Part shown: piece by piece, positions 1 through 12,600 of the stretch | How positions within the stretch are numbered: position 1 is the first letter of the stretch | Layout of the letters: each line of letters begins with the position of its first letter | NCBI GenBank assembly: GCA_050273025.1 | Contig: CP158636.1 | Coordinates: 3,968,001-4,032,000, forward strand | Length of the DNA: 64,000 bases | Origin: Cenococcum geophilum | Lineage: Eukaryota | Reading direction: 5' to 3' | The notes under the pieces: model-generated | What the model was told of the DNA's origin: nothing | What the model saw: the letters and a program-made list of their open reading frames with translations, nothing else | The model's database searches: none | Position numbers and translations under genes: made by a program

Positions 1-152
1 TTACGTGCGGCAAGTTGCCGTCACGTGTCGCCGCGGTACTAGCGTGGCGAGGAGCCTTAAGCTCCTCGCCCTCCCTTATTAAGAAACAAGAATAACAATT
101 ATTATACTATCTACGAACTGTAGCTATGTGATATTACCTTATGTAACCAACA
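1..152 (-). mobile_element. Partial LTR (cut by the window edge), related to the 194-bp LTRs at 28488 and 40843 but in opposite orientation
   Basis: Reverse complement starts TGTTGG at 152 and contains agggaggg...ccacgctagtaccgcggcgacacgtgacggcaacttgccgcacgtaa, collinear with 28561-28657. Confidence 0.8.
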
Positions 153-495
153 GCCACTATAAATCGATATTGTTAACTTAATTACCCCCTATGTCTGACG
201 ACGTAATCCTTATGCCTAAGAGCTTTAACCTAAAAGCTAATAAGTTAAAAACGGTTAATAAGTTTAAGCTTTATAGAAAGTAATATATTTGGTATAAAGC
301 TATTACTAAAGCTCTAAAGTATACTAAGTAGCGATCCTTATACATTTAGAAGTAGGGTAAGGATATCCGGTTAAAATCCTCTACGGATTAGCGAACGTTC
401 TTCTACTGCTATATTTATAAGCAATTAAAGTATAAAAGCTCTGCGTAGTATTATTAAGAAGATTAATAGCTATAGATTACCTTATAAAAGATTAA

Positions 496-638
496 TGTGA
501 GGTGAGGGTGTGGATAGGGAGTCCAATTAATAGAATAATAGGGTATATTGTATAGACAGACGAATTCTTGAGGGAAAAGGAGTCTGGGCGAGGTAAGGAA
601 GGGTTTTCCCTAGGCACGTGCAGCGCACGTGCCTCACA
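496..638. mobile_element. Probable solo LTR (143 bp)
   Basis: TGTGAGG...CCTCACA terminal inverted repeat; purine-rich interior; flanks attaa/ggcga only partly reconcilable as a RIP-altered TSD. Confidence 0.5.
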
Positions 639-869
639 GGCGACTTGCAAGGGGTAAAGCTTTGTCATTAAGTACTCGCTACCGAGTATTTATATTCCTC
701 CCAGTTTAGACTAAAGGCTTTCAATGCCGCGTAGATCCCTCTTAGCTTTTTAGGATATTAATCCCAAAGTATATAAGCGTCTCTAGTAACCGAGACAGAA
801 TCTTCTTACCCTGCAGTGCCTTATGAGATCATTTCGTATAAAGAAGGTACCCGAAGTTTCAACTAGTAG

Positions 870-1064
870 TGTCAATTGGTAGTCCGTGCACCAATTATAA
901 GGTAAGATTGAGGACTCTATCTATTCAAACTATGAAGGAAAAAGACTATATATACATAAGGTAGTACCCCCCACAGGGGTCCCTAGAGAATTGGTGAAAC
1001 TAAATTGAAACCAGGTTAAGACAAATCTGAAGCTGATGTCTAACAGTACCCGTCACGGTTAATA
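870..1064 (-). repeat. 3' LTR of Copia element
   Basis: Direct repeat of 5853-6047; 13 differences by manual alignment, all transitions. Confidence 0.95.
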
Positions 1065-4000
1065 TACCCCCCCAGCTTTAAGCTGTCCTGTAGGTTAAAG
1101 CTATATTATAAGTCTTAGTATAGTGTTAAGTTAAATTTACCTTTGTTAATTTAGATTCTTTCCTTAATATTAACCAGGTTTAATTAATAAACAAATATCT
1201 CGTGCTTCTGCCTTAGCAGAGCTTTAGTTAGTCCGTCTGCTACTATTGCTATAGTAGGCGTCCAATTAATCTTAATTCGATTGTCACGTACCTCTTAACG
1301 TAACCAGTGGTGGTATATGTCGACGTATTAGAGCTTCATAGATAGCTCTGGTCCGTCTTTTATAAGTAGTTAAATTGTCTATAAATTATCGCAGTTAATC
1401 GTCTGCCTGTTATCTAAGGTTAATCTAATTTCTTTAAAGAAGCGACTCCACTAGATTAATTCCGTGCCTGCATATAACAGAGCTATAAGCTCTGCCTTAG
1501 TGCTTAACTTTATTACTAACGTCTGCTTAGTAGAGCGCCAGTTAATTAGTCCCCCGAATAGGGTAAATAGATATCCTTCCGTACTATGTCTACTTATTAA
1601 GTTGTCTCTAAACGCTGCGTCACTTACTCCCGTAAAGACTTAACTTCCTATACTATGTCCTAAGTATTTAATTGCGAGAGTCCTTGTCTAATAGAGGTAG
1701 GCGATCACTTAACGAGCTGCGGCGTTATAGAGGGGTAAGGGATTTCATAGAAATTCCGATAGCTTGCTTAAAGCTTAAGCTGCATTAGGTCTTATAATAT
1801 AGGTCACGTAGAGGAGTAATCCGATCATCCTCTAGTAGACGTAGGTGTCTTAATTTAAAGCTTCCTCTAGGTTTAGTAGGAGCCTATTAGTGCTTATAAG
1901 TATACTAACTAAGCGTATATTAGTTAAATAAAAGTTATTAGCAATCTTCTTAATATAGAAGTCTTAATAGAGCTATAGCTTCCTCTAACTCCTATCTCTT
2001 AAGACTTAAATTCCTAGGAACTAGGACAGTTTACCTAGGTCCTTTATCTCATATTTCTTTATAAGCGCAGTCTTAAAGCTTAGAAGCTCTAACTGGTTCC
2101 CCTTAGTACTTACGGCATAGATATCGTCTATATAGAAGAATACGATTAGCCGATCGTTGTAGTAAAGACACGGCTCTCCGCTAATAGGCTTTAACCCCAA
2201 TTTGGTTAGTTTCTAACTTAAGTTATTATACTAGAGACGTGGCGATTATTAAAGTCCGTAGAGAGCTCTGCGTAGTAGTAGACATTTACCCTTAATGGTA
2301 AATCCATCTAGATACTTAATATAGACTATTTCATTAATTAAGCTGTTCGCGAACGCGTTAATAGCGTTGCCCTACCAAACGTCCAAATCAAATGCTGTGA
2401 TGACTGCTGTAAGAGCCCTAAAGACCTTAGCTGCTAGAGTCGCCGCATAGGTGTTCTTATATATCGACTCTTATAGATCGCCTCTTATACAGAGTCGTGC
2501 CTTAAACTTCGTTAAATATCCATTAGTGTCTATTTTATAGGTAAATCTCTAGGTAGTAGGCACTGTTTTAACTAATGGAGTCTTATCTACGACCTTAAAT
2601 ATTCCACGACCCTCTAGGTTAGTGTACTCTTTTATAGCAGCAGTAAGGAAATCTTCCCTATACTAGTGTCTTATAAACTCCTTCTAGTTCTTAGGCGGAG
2701 GTAGTAGCTTATCGTAATAGATTTTCCTATAATATTTTAGGCCTATATAGAAGGCTACCTAAAGCGCTTTAAAGCTATCTACCTCCTTAAGGTAAGTCAA
2801 ATGAGCTATATATTATTTAGGTAGCCTCCTTAATCGTTTACCTTTTATAATATTATCTTCCTTAACAGCTGCGCCATCTTTATCCTTTAAGTCATCCTCT
2901 ATAGGTACGTATTTATAATGCGGTTATTAACGGGTAAAAAGAGCTAAGGAGCTTAAGGATTTTTTAGTAGGAATTAACTAAGGTTCTAGCGTCTCATCTG
3001 GGGTAGGAAGGGCAGGTAGGAAATCATCCTTTAAGGTTTATAAGCTTACTACGTTATTATCTTAATTAGTCGCTTAGTCTTAATTTCCACTAAAATCTAC
3101 CTATTAATTTCTACCGTTTTCCACTTAAATCTTATCTAAAGTCTTATCGTCCTTATCTAACGTTTCGTTAAGCTCTTCCTAAAGCGTCCTATTAATATAT
3201 AACACATTAATTACCTCTAAAATTTAATTAGCGCGTTTTTGGAGCAGATTTGTAAGATTTAGCTAACCGTTGTTATAAAGCAACTGCTTATTAAATGTCA
3301 CGTCTCTTATTTAAATTACCTTCTTTTTACTGGGTATATAGACCCTAAAGATATTCGTTAACTAGTACCTAACTAGGTATCTAATGTAAGCTCTTAGCTT
3401 AAGCTTTTAAGTACATAGGAGGTTGTATTTAAGCGGGTAAGCTTTGCAGCCGTATACACATAGATAAGCTATATTTGGCTTTAATGGTAAGAGCCCTAGT
3501 ACTAACTAAAGCTTCTCAAAAGGTATTATCTAGCTAAGCTAGGCGTTCGGTATCTAATTAATTAAATATACTGCAGCTCTAATAATCTCTAGCTAGAGCT
3601 CTTCTAGTAATTAAGCTTCGATTCGTATATAACGAGACTTAATAATAATTACCCCCTTAGAACGTTCAGCAGAACCGTTTTAAGACTTCATATATAGAGC
3701 CAATTGCTCCACCGTAATTCCTTCTTAGTTCGTCCAACTATAGAAGTCGCCACTAAAGAAGGTCTCGCCATTAACTCGGATAACCATAATCTTCTAATTA
3801 TATTAACGCTTCACCCTATTCGAATATTATATAATTACTTACGTTAATAACAACTTTCGGGCAAAGGTCTCTACCTTATTTATTTATAGAAATTCATTAT
3901 AGAAATATATTATCTATTTATAACCGTTATACGCCACGATCTCCTGGAATAAGTTAATATATACTTAGTAGAAGGGCCTTATTACCTTATTAGTAGGTGC

Positions 4001-5841
4001 TCTTCTTAATACAATTTTATAAGCCTTACTAACAGCATAGGATTTACATTCAATTATCGCTGGTCCTCAAAGCTTCGCACTACCTACCTCCTAAGGTAGA
4101 TGCTCAATCGCGTCGGGTCCTATATAACCTAGTCTCTTATACCAGAGCCTTCCTGCTACTTCTTAATTAGGAAGGGGGTCTCGCAATTGGATTGTAAATA
4201 AGGCTTTTAGCTTATTATATTTAAGCGTGTTTTAGTTATAATATCGCCCGCAATAGGCAAATGTCTTATAATCGTCTTTGTAATATAGTAGGTTCTTTTT
4301 ATTGTCCTACCATATATTTTTATCGTTAAACCTATCTAAACAGGCCAAATTTGTATAGAACGCTAGTATATATACTACATTAGCCAGTAGGATCTTCTTA
4401 GGGCCTACTAGCGTCTGGATTATAACTACTGCCGTCCCTATACCCTTAACTAGATCTAGGCCTGTTCCGGCGTATATAAAGTTATTACTTAATTAGAGCT
4501 CGTTGACGAATCTTAATTAATTATTAATGACGTATATCGTGGTTTTGTTATTAAGAATAACGCTATTATATAGCTTGTAGTCAGAACCTGCGTTATAGGC
4601 GCCTACTTAGTATACGGCAAAGATACCATGGTTATCTTCCTTTTAACTTCCGTCTGGGTTCCGTACGGCTTCCTTTTATAGAGCTTCCTTACCTAAAGCC
4701 TCCTTCCTTATCTTCTTAATCTTTAACTTAGTCTAATCTAATACGCTTACAATCCTTTCCTTAACTTTTATAGCCGTAGCTTTATTAGATTTTTAATCCT
4801 TTAATTAAACCAATTCGTTAATATAAGAACAATCCGGAAACCAGTAAACATCTCCGCAGTAGCACGTTAGGGTATCTTTCTTCTTTAACGTCCTAGATGG
4901 TGTAGTAGGGACCTTATCCTTAAGAGCCTTGTCCTTAGGAGCCTCGTCTTTATAAAATCCGTTAATTAACTCGCCCTAAAAGCCCACTGCATTAGCGCTA
5001 AGTTAATCCCTTCTCTTTTAGGCAGTCTCTATTCATTAATAGTTCCGATATATTTTAACTAGTTAATCTATAGATATCATCTGGTTACTGGCCCAGTCGT
5101 GTTTATTAAATTTAACCCTCCACGTCAAAGCCTAGTTTGGTAATGCTGGCTCTATAGCCAGCAAAAAGTCTCTAATCGCTCAGTCACCGTTTACGTCTAG
5201 TAATTTAATCTTTTTGCAGTCATTATATATCTTCTCCTACTACTATAGCCAGGCCTTAAAGTTCTGGTTCTTTAGGCCCTTTTTAACCTTAGCATATTAA
5301 GTAGATAGGTACAGCTTACGTGCTATATCGGTAGGGGCAACCCTCTCCTTAAGAGCCACCAGGGTATCATATACCAAGTCAATACCCAGTATATAGGTGT
5401 TAAGGTTCCTGGCCACTACACCAGTGATATAGCTTCGTAGGGAGGTCAAAGCTACCTTCTACTTCTTATATTCCTTCTTTACTATCTTATACCTCTTACG
5501 GAGAATTTAAAGCTCGTCCTTCTCGTCCTCAGAGAGAGCTGCATATAAGGTCGTTCCTGTCTTCACATCTTAAGGCCTAGGAAAGACTAGTTCAAGCAAA
5601 CGGGGCAACTAATCCTATTTAGTTAAGGGGTTAACGTATTCCCATACGTCTCCTGTTCGAGCTCAAAGCCTAATAAGGTTAATCCATTCGTCCCAATCGG
5701 CTTAGTTCGATAATATCACCGTCGTAGTAACAGCTTAGGTAGCTTAAGAAGTTATATTAAAAGGTGCTTGCAAGGATAAATGAAGTATTTAATAAGGGAT
5801 AGGGTCAATCAAATCAATAGGTGCAATATGGCAAGTCACCC

Positions 5842-5852
5842 GGGCTCATAAC
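5842..5852 (-). other. Primer-binding site complementary to the anticodon arm of initiator tRNA-Met
   Basis: Minus strand GTTATGAGCCC directly after the 5' LTR; plus strand GGGCTCATAAC matches the tRNA-iMet anticodon stem-loop, as in Ty5/copia half-tRNA priming. Confidence 0.8.
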
Positions 5853-6047
5853 TGTCAATCGGTAGTCCGTGCACCAATTATAAGGTAAGATTAAGGACTC
5901 TGTCTATTCAAACTATAAAGGAAAAAGACTATATATACATGAGGTAGTACCCCCCACAGGGGTCCCTAGAGAATCGGTGAAACTAGATTGAAACCAGGTC
6001 GAGACAAATCTGAAGCTGATGTCTGACAGTACCCGTCACGGTCGACA
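5853..6047 (-). repeat. 5' LTR of Copia element
   Basis: TGTCAA...TCGACA, followed by TSD agtag. Confidence 0.95.
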
Positions 6048-6739
6048 AGTAGGTAGAAATGTTCCGATTCCTCTGTATATTAAAATGCCGTTAGAATCCC
6101 TGAATTCATGGCTATAGTCTCAGGTTCCTCATGGACAGGGTGCGTGCCGAATGTGAGTGAGCGTAAGAGATTGCTACTTCATTGTTTCTTCAGTGTAGAA
6201 ATAGAAATAAAGAAGCTTCGTCCTGTAGGCTGGAGCAGGATGGATGAGGCACGACCGGTAAACCAAGGGTACATGCGAATTTCGAAGCCTGTTCCGCTAC
6301 TTCAGTTGGAACTAGAAGCGGAGGAGTATGTCCCACCAATCATTCAGTTAAGAGGGTATCTGTCAGTCAGTTGCGGCTTCGATTTGCTCTCCCCTTGCGG
6401 TAAGCGACGCTGCTCTGCCCAGATGGAAATGAATGCTGCTAAGCTGGAGTTCTGGATTACGCTATATAACTAAATTCGGTGTTAGATGGAGCGCCCAACT
6501 CTAATACCAAATGAATCTCAGTCCGACATTTGCTAAATGTTATGAGAGTGGCGAGGCATTCTCCTCATTTCTTCAGTATGTGCAGGTACGGCGGAATAAA
6601 AACGTACAAGACTAAAGCGTGCTGTCTTTATCAGATATGAGAAGACCCAATGTGGGCCAAGCCCCGAAGTCCAAAATGCGCCCTGAGAGCCCCACTAACT
6701 CCAAATGATGCATCCTCCTCTTCCATAGCTACCGCAAAG

Positions 6740-7466
6740 TCACATCTTAATATCGAAACTCGTGCCACACCCACAACTACTTGTTGCAAGAGGATTGTCC
6801 ACTATTTTGAACTGACTGCCTATTAGCTCCATCGTATAGTCGACTTTGCTACCTTTTAGCAAATCTAAGCTGGGCTCATCCAGAACCACCTTCGTGCCAT
6901 GCGCGCCTTCGAAGACGGTGTCTTCATCTGGGGATATTTTGGAGCCATTTGTAAGAGACATGAGATATTGGAAGCCGTGGCAGCCACCAGATTCGACAGT
7001 GATGCGGAGGGCGAGATCAGGATTGGAATCAGCGGTCATGATTTGGTGGAGGCGCTGAAAAAAATTTAACAAATGATTCACAGAGAGCAGCATTTAAAGG
7101 GGCTCAAGGGTTTACATTTGCGGCGCGGGGGGTTATTTCTATGTTCATCTCATTGCCATCTTCATCTTTGCGCGGGTTCTGTATGGCTTTCTGGACAGCC
7201 GAAGTGGAGGAGAAGGAGTGGTGGAAAGGCTTCAAAGAGCTGATTTGAGATTTTCTGGGGGAATTAGAGGATATTGATGGTTGCGGCCGGTATGAAGGAG
7301 CGAGGAAGTCAAGGTAAAGTGGTAATCGGATAGTGGCGGGTTGAGCCAGACTAAAAGATCGACTGCTATTCTGGTGCAGTGGGCTCGCGTAGGTGAAGCT
7401 ACTTCGCAGCATTCCTCTCCTAGCGCTCCGGAGACACGCCGCACACACTGTCAACGGAGAAGCCAT
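6740..7466 (-). CDS. ISA2: Mitochondrial iron-sulfur cluster assembly protein, HesB/IscA family (exons 7466-7116, 7054-6740)
   Basis: LRITVESGGCHGFQY and NPLATSSCGCGTSF motifs; Arg/Ser-rich presequence; GT-AG intron 7115-7055 restores the frame. Confidence 0.93.
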
Positions 7467-7675
7467 AACGACAAAGGGGAAGGGTTTGAAAAGCACGGTG
7501 GTGAGCAAGAAGTTTGATGGATTGTTCAGCAAAGGCCCGAGGGCGGAAACCCGTGGCAATATTTCCCCTTGGCGTGGGACCAACCACCACTTAAAATCTT
7601 CCCCCATCTCACTCTGTGATTGACTCACTGCATAGATAGCACTACACAAGCAATTACGACAGCATCCATTTAACA

Positions 7676-9317
7676 ATGGCTCTAGACAAGAGGCCATTAT
7701 ACGATGCTAATAAGCCAGTCATCTTTACTAAAGACTTTGCATTGACAGAAGACGCAAAAGATTCGCTCCGCCACCTCCGAAATGAGTTTATTATACCTAC
7801 AAAAGACGATTTGAAGAACAAACGCTATGGACCGGCAGAGAAAACAAGGGACTATGACAGCTGCTCCGCGACTTCAATACAGCCACAGCCATGCACTTAT
7901 CTATGTGGTAATTCTTTGGGTTTACAGCCGCGAAGAACATCCGAATATATCAAGAAGTATCTGGATACTTGGGCTTCGAAAGGAGTATATGGCCACTTTA
8001 AGGAATTAGAAGGTGGCCTTCCTCCATGGTTGCACATAGATGATGCTATTAAAGAGCAGACAGCAAAGATAGTGGGGGCCTTGCCGGGTGAGGTGGTAGT
8101 CATGCAGACTTTAACAGCAAATCTCCACTTTCTATTGGCTAGCTTCTACAAGCCGACAAAGGATAGGTATAAGATCATTATTGAGGGCAAAGCTTTCCCC
8201 AGTGACCATGTAAGTAACTAGCTGTTGTTGGACCTTTGTTATATGGAAATTGGCATTCCCCTTTGGCATTCTTCATTCCATCCATCGCTGATAATCTTAA
8301 CAGTATGCTGCCCTTTCTCAGCTTGAGCACCATAATATACCTGCTTGTGCCCTGATAACTATAACACCCCCTTCTCCTGACTCGCCATACCTCTCAACGG
8401 AACATGTTCTCTCTGTTATCTCTCAGCATCAAGCATCAACTGCTCTAGTTCTTCTCCCGGGCGTCCAATTCTACAGCGGCCAGCTCTTTGACATCGACAT
8501 CATAACACGTCATGCCCAATCTCTCGGAATTACCGTAGGCTGGGATCTCGCACACGCTGTGGGAAACGTGCCGCTTAACCTCCACGACTGGAACGTGGAC
8601 TTTGCTGCCTGGTGCAACTACAAGTACATGAACGGCGGGCCCGGCGTTATCGGAGGGCTATTCGTGCACGAGCGACACGGACGCGTTGAAACGTCCTCTA
8701 CTAACAACAGACCAGACGATCATGTTGACGGATCTACTGCAGGAGAGCAGCAAATTATATATCGACCTCGATTAAGTGGTTGGTGGGGCAGTGACAAGTC
8801 TGCTCGCTTCCGCATGGACAACAAGTTCGTTCCTATCCCTGGTGCGTCAGGATTCCAACTGTCTAATCCCTCTGTACTCGACATGGCAGCTGTTATGGCA
8901 TCGTTAGATGTCTTCGCGATGACAGGCATGCAGGCACTACGCGAGAAGAGTGTGAAGCTTACTGCGTATCTCGAAACGCGCCTTCAGCACTACCCCGATG
9001 GCAAGGCGCCGTACAGAATCATCACTCCCGCAAATGCGGCAGAGCGAGGTGCGCAACTTAGCATATTACTGCAGCCAGGCTTGCTAGGTTCGGTCATGGA
9101 GATCTTGGAAGAGGAGGGTGTGGTGGTAGATGAGAGACGACCGGATGTCATACGTGTAGCTCCTGCGCCGTTGTACAACTCGTATGCCGATGTGCATCGA
9201 TTCGTGATGGTATTTCAGGAAGCGTGCAAAAAGGCGCAAAAGGGTCAACATGGACACAACAAGAGTATCATGATAGAAGGTGGTAAGGACTCACATGGCG
9301 GGGCGGAAGTCAAGTGA
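7676..9317 (+). CDS. BNA5: Kynureninase, PLP-dependent (exons 7676-8209, 8304-9317)
   Basis: [51 protein letters not shown] motifs; GT-AG intron 8210-8303. Confidence 0.96.
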
Positions 9318-9646
9318 GGTTTTGGGAGTCGAGGTGATTATCTTGATAAATAACTGGGCGCTTTACAGAGCGAGCACTTGCAACAATCTACTCGGGAAGT
9401 CAAAAGAGCTGATGTCCTTAGATGACTCTCAACCGAAGATTTACGAATGATTTTTCTTGTCACATGAGGGACAAGGTTATATGACTGTATCATAGTAGAC
9501 ATAGACATCAAGCAGATCTCAGAGCTTCCTTCGTGCACTAGCTGCACGAAGAACTTTAGATAACAATAGGCTGAACGGGTGGCTTTCGGGTATCTGAATA
9601 CCCTTACCTAAGATCCTTTCTGAATGCAACGCCGCAATCGATCGTC

Positions 9647-12600
9647 TTAAACTGCCGTCTCCAGCGCAAATCCAAATAAACTATCCATCTGCACCCACTG
9701 CCTTCCATTTTTCTTCAGCCACATCTCAACTGCATCCTTCACCGTCCCAAACCTCTCCCTATTAACTTCTGCCAGTACCTTCACTTTCTCCAACTCTTCC
9801 CCTATACTCCCCTCTCCGCCCACTTTTACCTCCTTGCTCCCAGCTTTGTCCACATCGAAAAGCGATTGCAGATACAACAACTGGTTCCACAAATCCTTCT
9901 CGCTGAATTCCCAGTTCATTTTTCCTAAGCAACCAGTCGCGAGCCCCTTTGGCCCTAAACATCGGTGTCCGTACACACTCATCTGCCGGGTACGCGCGCC
10001 ACAGGATGGGTCGTCGCAGACCAGCCAACCAGAATAATAGCGGGCGAGATGCTGTCTTACGGCAGCCTCAACTTGGGCGACGACGCTAATTGTTGTCAAC
10101 GACGCGCCGCAGTCTTGATTAGCGCATTTCACGCCATCATGGGAAACGAGGCCGGGAGAGCCTGCCAGGCCGGAAAACGGGAAGGTGGCGCGGCAGGTGC
10201 GGCAGCGGAGATGGAGCGGTATGCAGGATTTGAAGCGGACTGAGTCAGGGATTTGGGATTCGAGAGGGTGGATTTCGTTATCAGTGGAAGATGAAGTCGA
10301 GGATGTGATGCGATATTTGGACGTGTCGAGCCCGAGGCAGGCAGCTAGTTGTATGATATTGGTGCTGGGTATAGGAGCACAGAGGCGCTCGACAGGGGGC
10401 AGGATTTGTTTGTGGAGATAGTGATCAATGTCTATGTATTTTGAACGTTAGAATTATGTTCAGTGAATCCTAAACGGGAAGAAAGAGTGGGGGAGTGATA
10501 AGGGAAGGGCCATACCGGGTTTGAGCCCTGAGTCAGGTTTCATAACCTCTTCGAGGGTAAATGCATTCTTCGCTGCGTTTTCGGCGGAGCCACTGCTGTC
10601 CCCTGTAATCACAAATGACATAACGTCTTTTGCTTTAACGTGCTTCCCCTTGGCCATCAGACGCAGGGCGACTTGAACGGAAGGCATGCTATTGGGATTT
10701 GGATATTCTTTGGGATTCTTGCCTAGTTGCTATGGGAATTTCGTTAGTGGGAGACCGAGACTGATTGCGAGACCAGAAACAAACCGTAAAGATGGTATAT
10801 TTTTGCACTGGGATAGAGAAGCTGCGCATTTTTTCGGCGAGTTCCCGGAGGTATTCATGGATTTTCTCGACTACGCTTTCTGCATCATCGCCAGAAAGGA
10901 GGAAGTTCAGTAATTGGCTATTTAGTTAGTTAGTCATTGACTTCAACACATACAAAATGGCACATACGAAGAAGTCTCTTTAGAAAGAGCGCAGTACTCT
11001 CTACGTCTCATATCGAGACCCTTAACCTCCAATTTTTCGGTATACTTGCCATCGATTTGGACCATGTTGATAGCCGCATACTTCTTCTTGGCATGAAGGA
11101 GAAGACGCCGGAAAATGTTGTCTATATCAATTTCCAGGAGCTTGTAGCTATCGTTAACGTCCTTTTTGAACTCATTTCCAACTTTTATGGCGTCTTGGAT
11201 ATTATCAGTATTAGTATTGATCATGACCGAGTCAGTGTCTCCGTAAATAACCCGAAGCATTTTAGCCTCAGCCATGTCTTTCGTTCGGCGAAGGATCTCG
11301 CGGCCTTTGAATGTAATGAGCATCGCTAGAGGGCGAGCGTAGAATCGAGACCTGGTGTATCCGAGACATCCATACATAGAGTTTGCGGTGAGTTTTAACG
11401 CCATCTGTTTGATATCCCAAGTGGCGAGCTGATCTAGAGTTGCAGTTGGGTCTTTCATGAGCTTCTTGACCTCTCGCCGGCGATTCACGAGTGTGGCAAT
11501 AAGTCTTGGTAGAACACCTTGATCTTCGGTATCACTTGGAATCTCAGGGACCTTCTCGTCTTCTTCGGACTAATGAAAGTTAGTTAATAGTACCGGTAGA
11601 AATTGAAAAGCACTTACGACGTCTGCTCTTTCGATCGTAGTAAAGCAAATATTGAACTCCTGGATGATACTTGGGTACAAACTATTGAAGTCCATGACCA
11701 GAACGAACTTGTCATAAAGACGCTTTTCAGGTTCGAAGACAAGACCGCCTTTGTATTTATCCTTTTTCTTGGCATCGACACCCTCTTCACCTTCAGGGTT
11801 CTCTTCCTCAACCTTTTGCTTGCTTTTGCCCCACACTTTATCCGGGCAAATGTATTTGTTACGGTAGAACTCATGAAGCAAGATGTACTCGTTTCGCTCA
11901 GCTCTTGTGCCACTCAAGGTGCGAGCCCAAGAGTTTCCGGCAAGGTTCGTTAAAACCTTAGTAAGGGGAAGCATCTGTACCTTCAAAGCGATAGCAGCGA
12001 TGAAGAATGCATCTGCTTCACAATGCTTGACATAATTCATAAGACCATCTCGTGTTGAGGCCCAAGTCTTAAGTGCTTCTTCGTTATCAAGTTCCATGCG
12101 AGCATGTCCATTTCCAAGAACTAGTTCGCACATCTCCTTGAGACTCCATGATTGGCATTTTGTCATAAGAGACTGGTTAAAATTAGCATGAAAATCTCGG
12201 CAGGTGAAGGCTATCTTACCTTTCCAAGATCATTTCCCAAGTCGCAGAGCAGACGGCCAGCAGCTAACTGCCTCTCAACGAAGAAACTCCCACCTCCCTT
12301 ACCCATATTTTTCGGCCATTCGCTCCTTCGAAGCCGCCCAATTCTGTGCCAACCCGGAGTTTTCCTCTCTCGCATGCGATTGAGTAAGATACTGTAGTCA
12401 ACGTCGTCAAGCCGGTGACCAACCAAGACATCTGGATCGTCTTTTTGTAGAACTGCCATGAACAAGCTGAGGAGGTTTTGTTCTGTCTTTTCAAGTCGTA
12501 TGGTGCCTTTGTGCTTGTCGGCTTCGGCTTTGAACCCCATTGGGAATGCCTCGCCATTCGGACGCATGACGGTGAAAGTCTTGCAGGGTAACTTCTCTGC

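Larger units (their letters stand above)
870..6047 (-). mobile_element. Full-length Ty1/Copia LTR retrotransposon, RIP-inactivated
   Basis: 195-bp LTRs 870-1064 and 5853-6047; 5-bp TSD agtag (865-869, 6048-6052); polypurine tract next to left LTR; minus-strand motifs in Copia order: Zn knuckle CYCGDV.W..DC (~4830-4867), RLWYKRLGY (~4121-4150), integrase *NGSAERS (~3660-3685), RT FFYIDDI (~2120-2145), RNase H ADGL.K (~1225-1245); many TAA/TAG stops. Confidence 0.96.

Noticed and set aside
6108..6473. 121-aa plus-strand ORF
   Set aside because: No recognisable motif, abuts an LTR; likely spurious
7467..7697. N-terminal extension of the ISA2 ORF overlapping the kynureninase start
   Set aside because: ATG 7466 gives a typical mitochondrial presequence; the extension is promoter read-through
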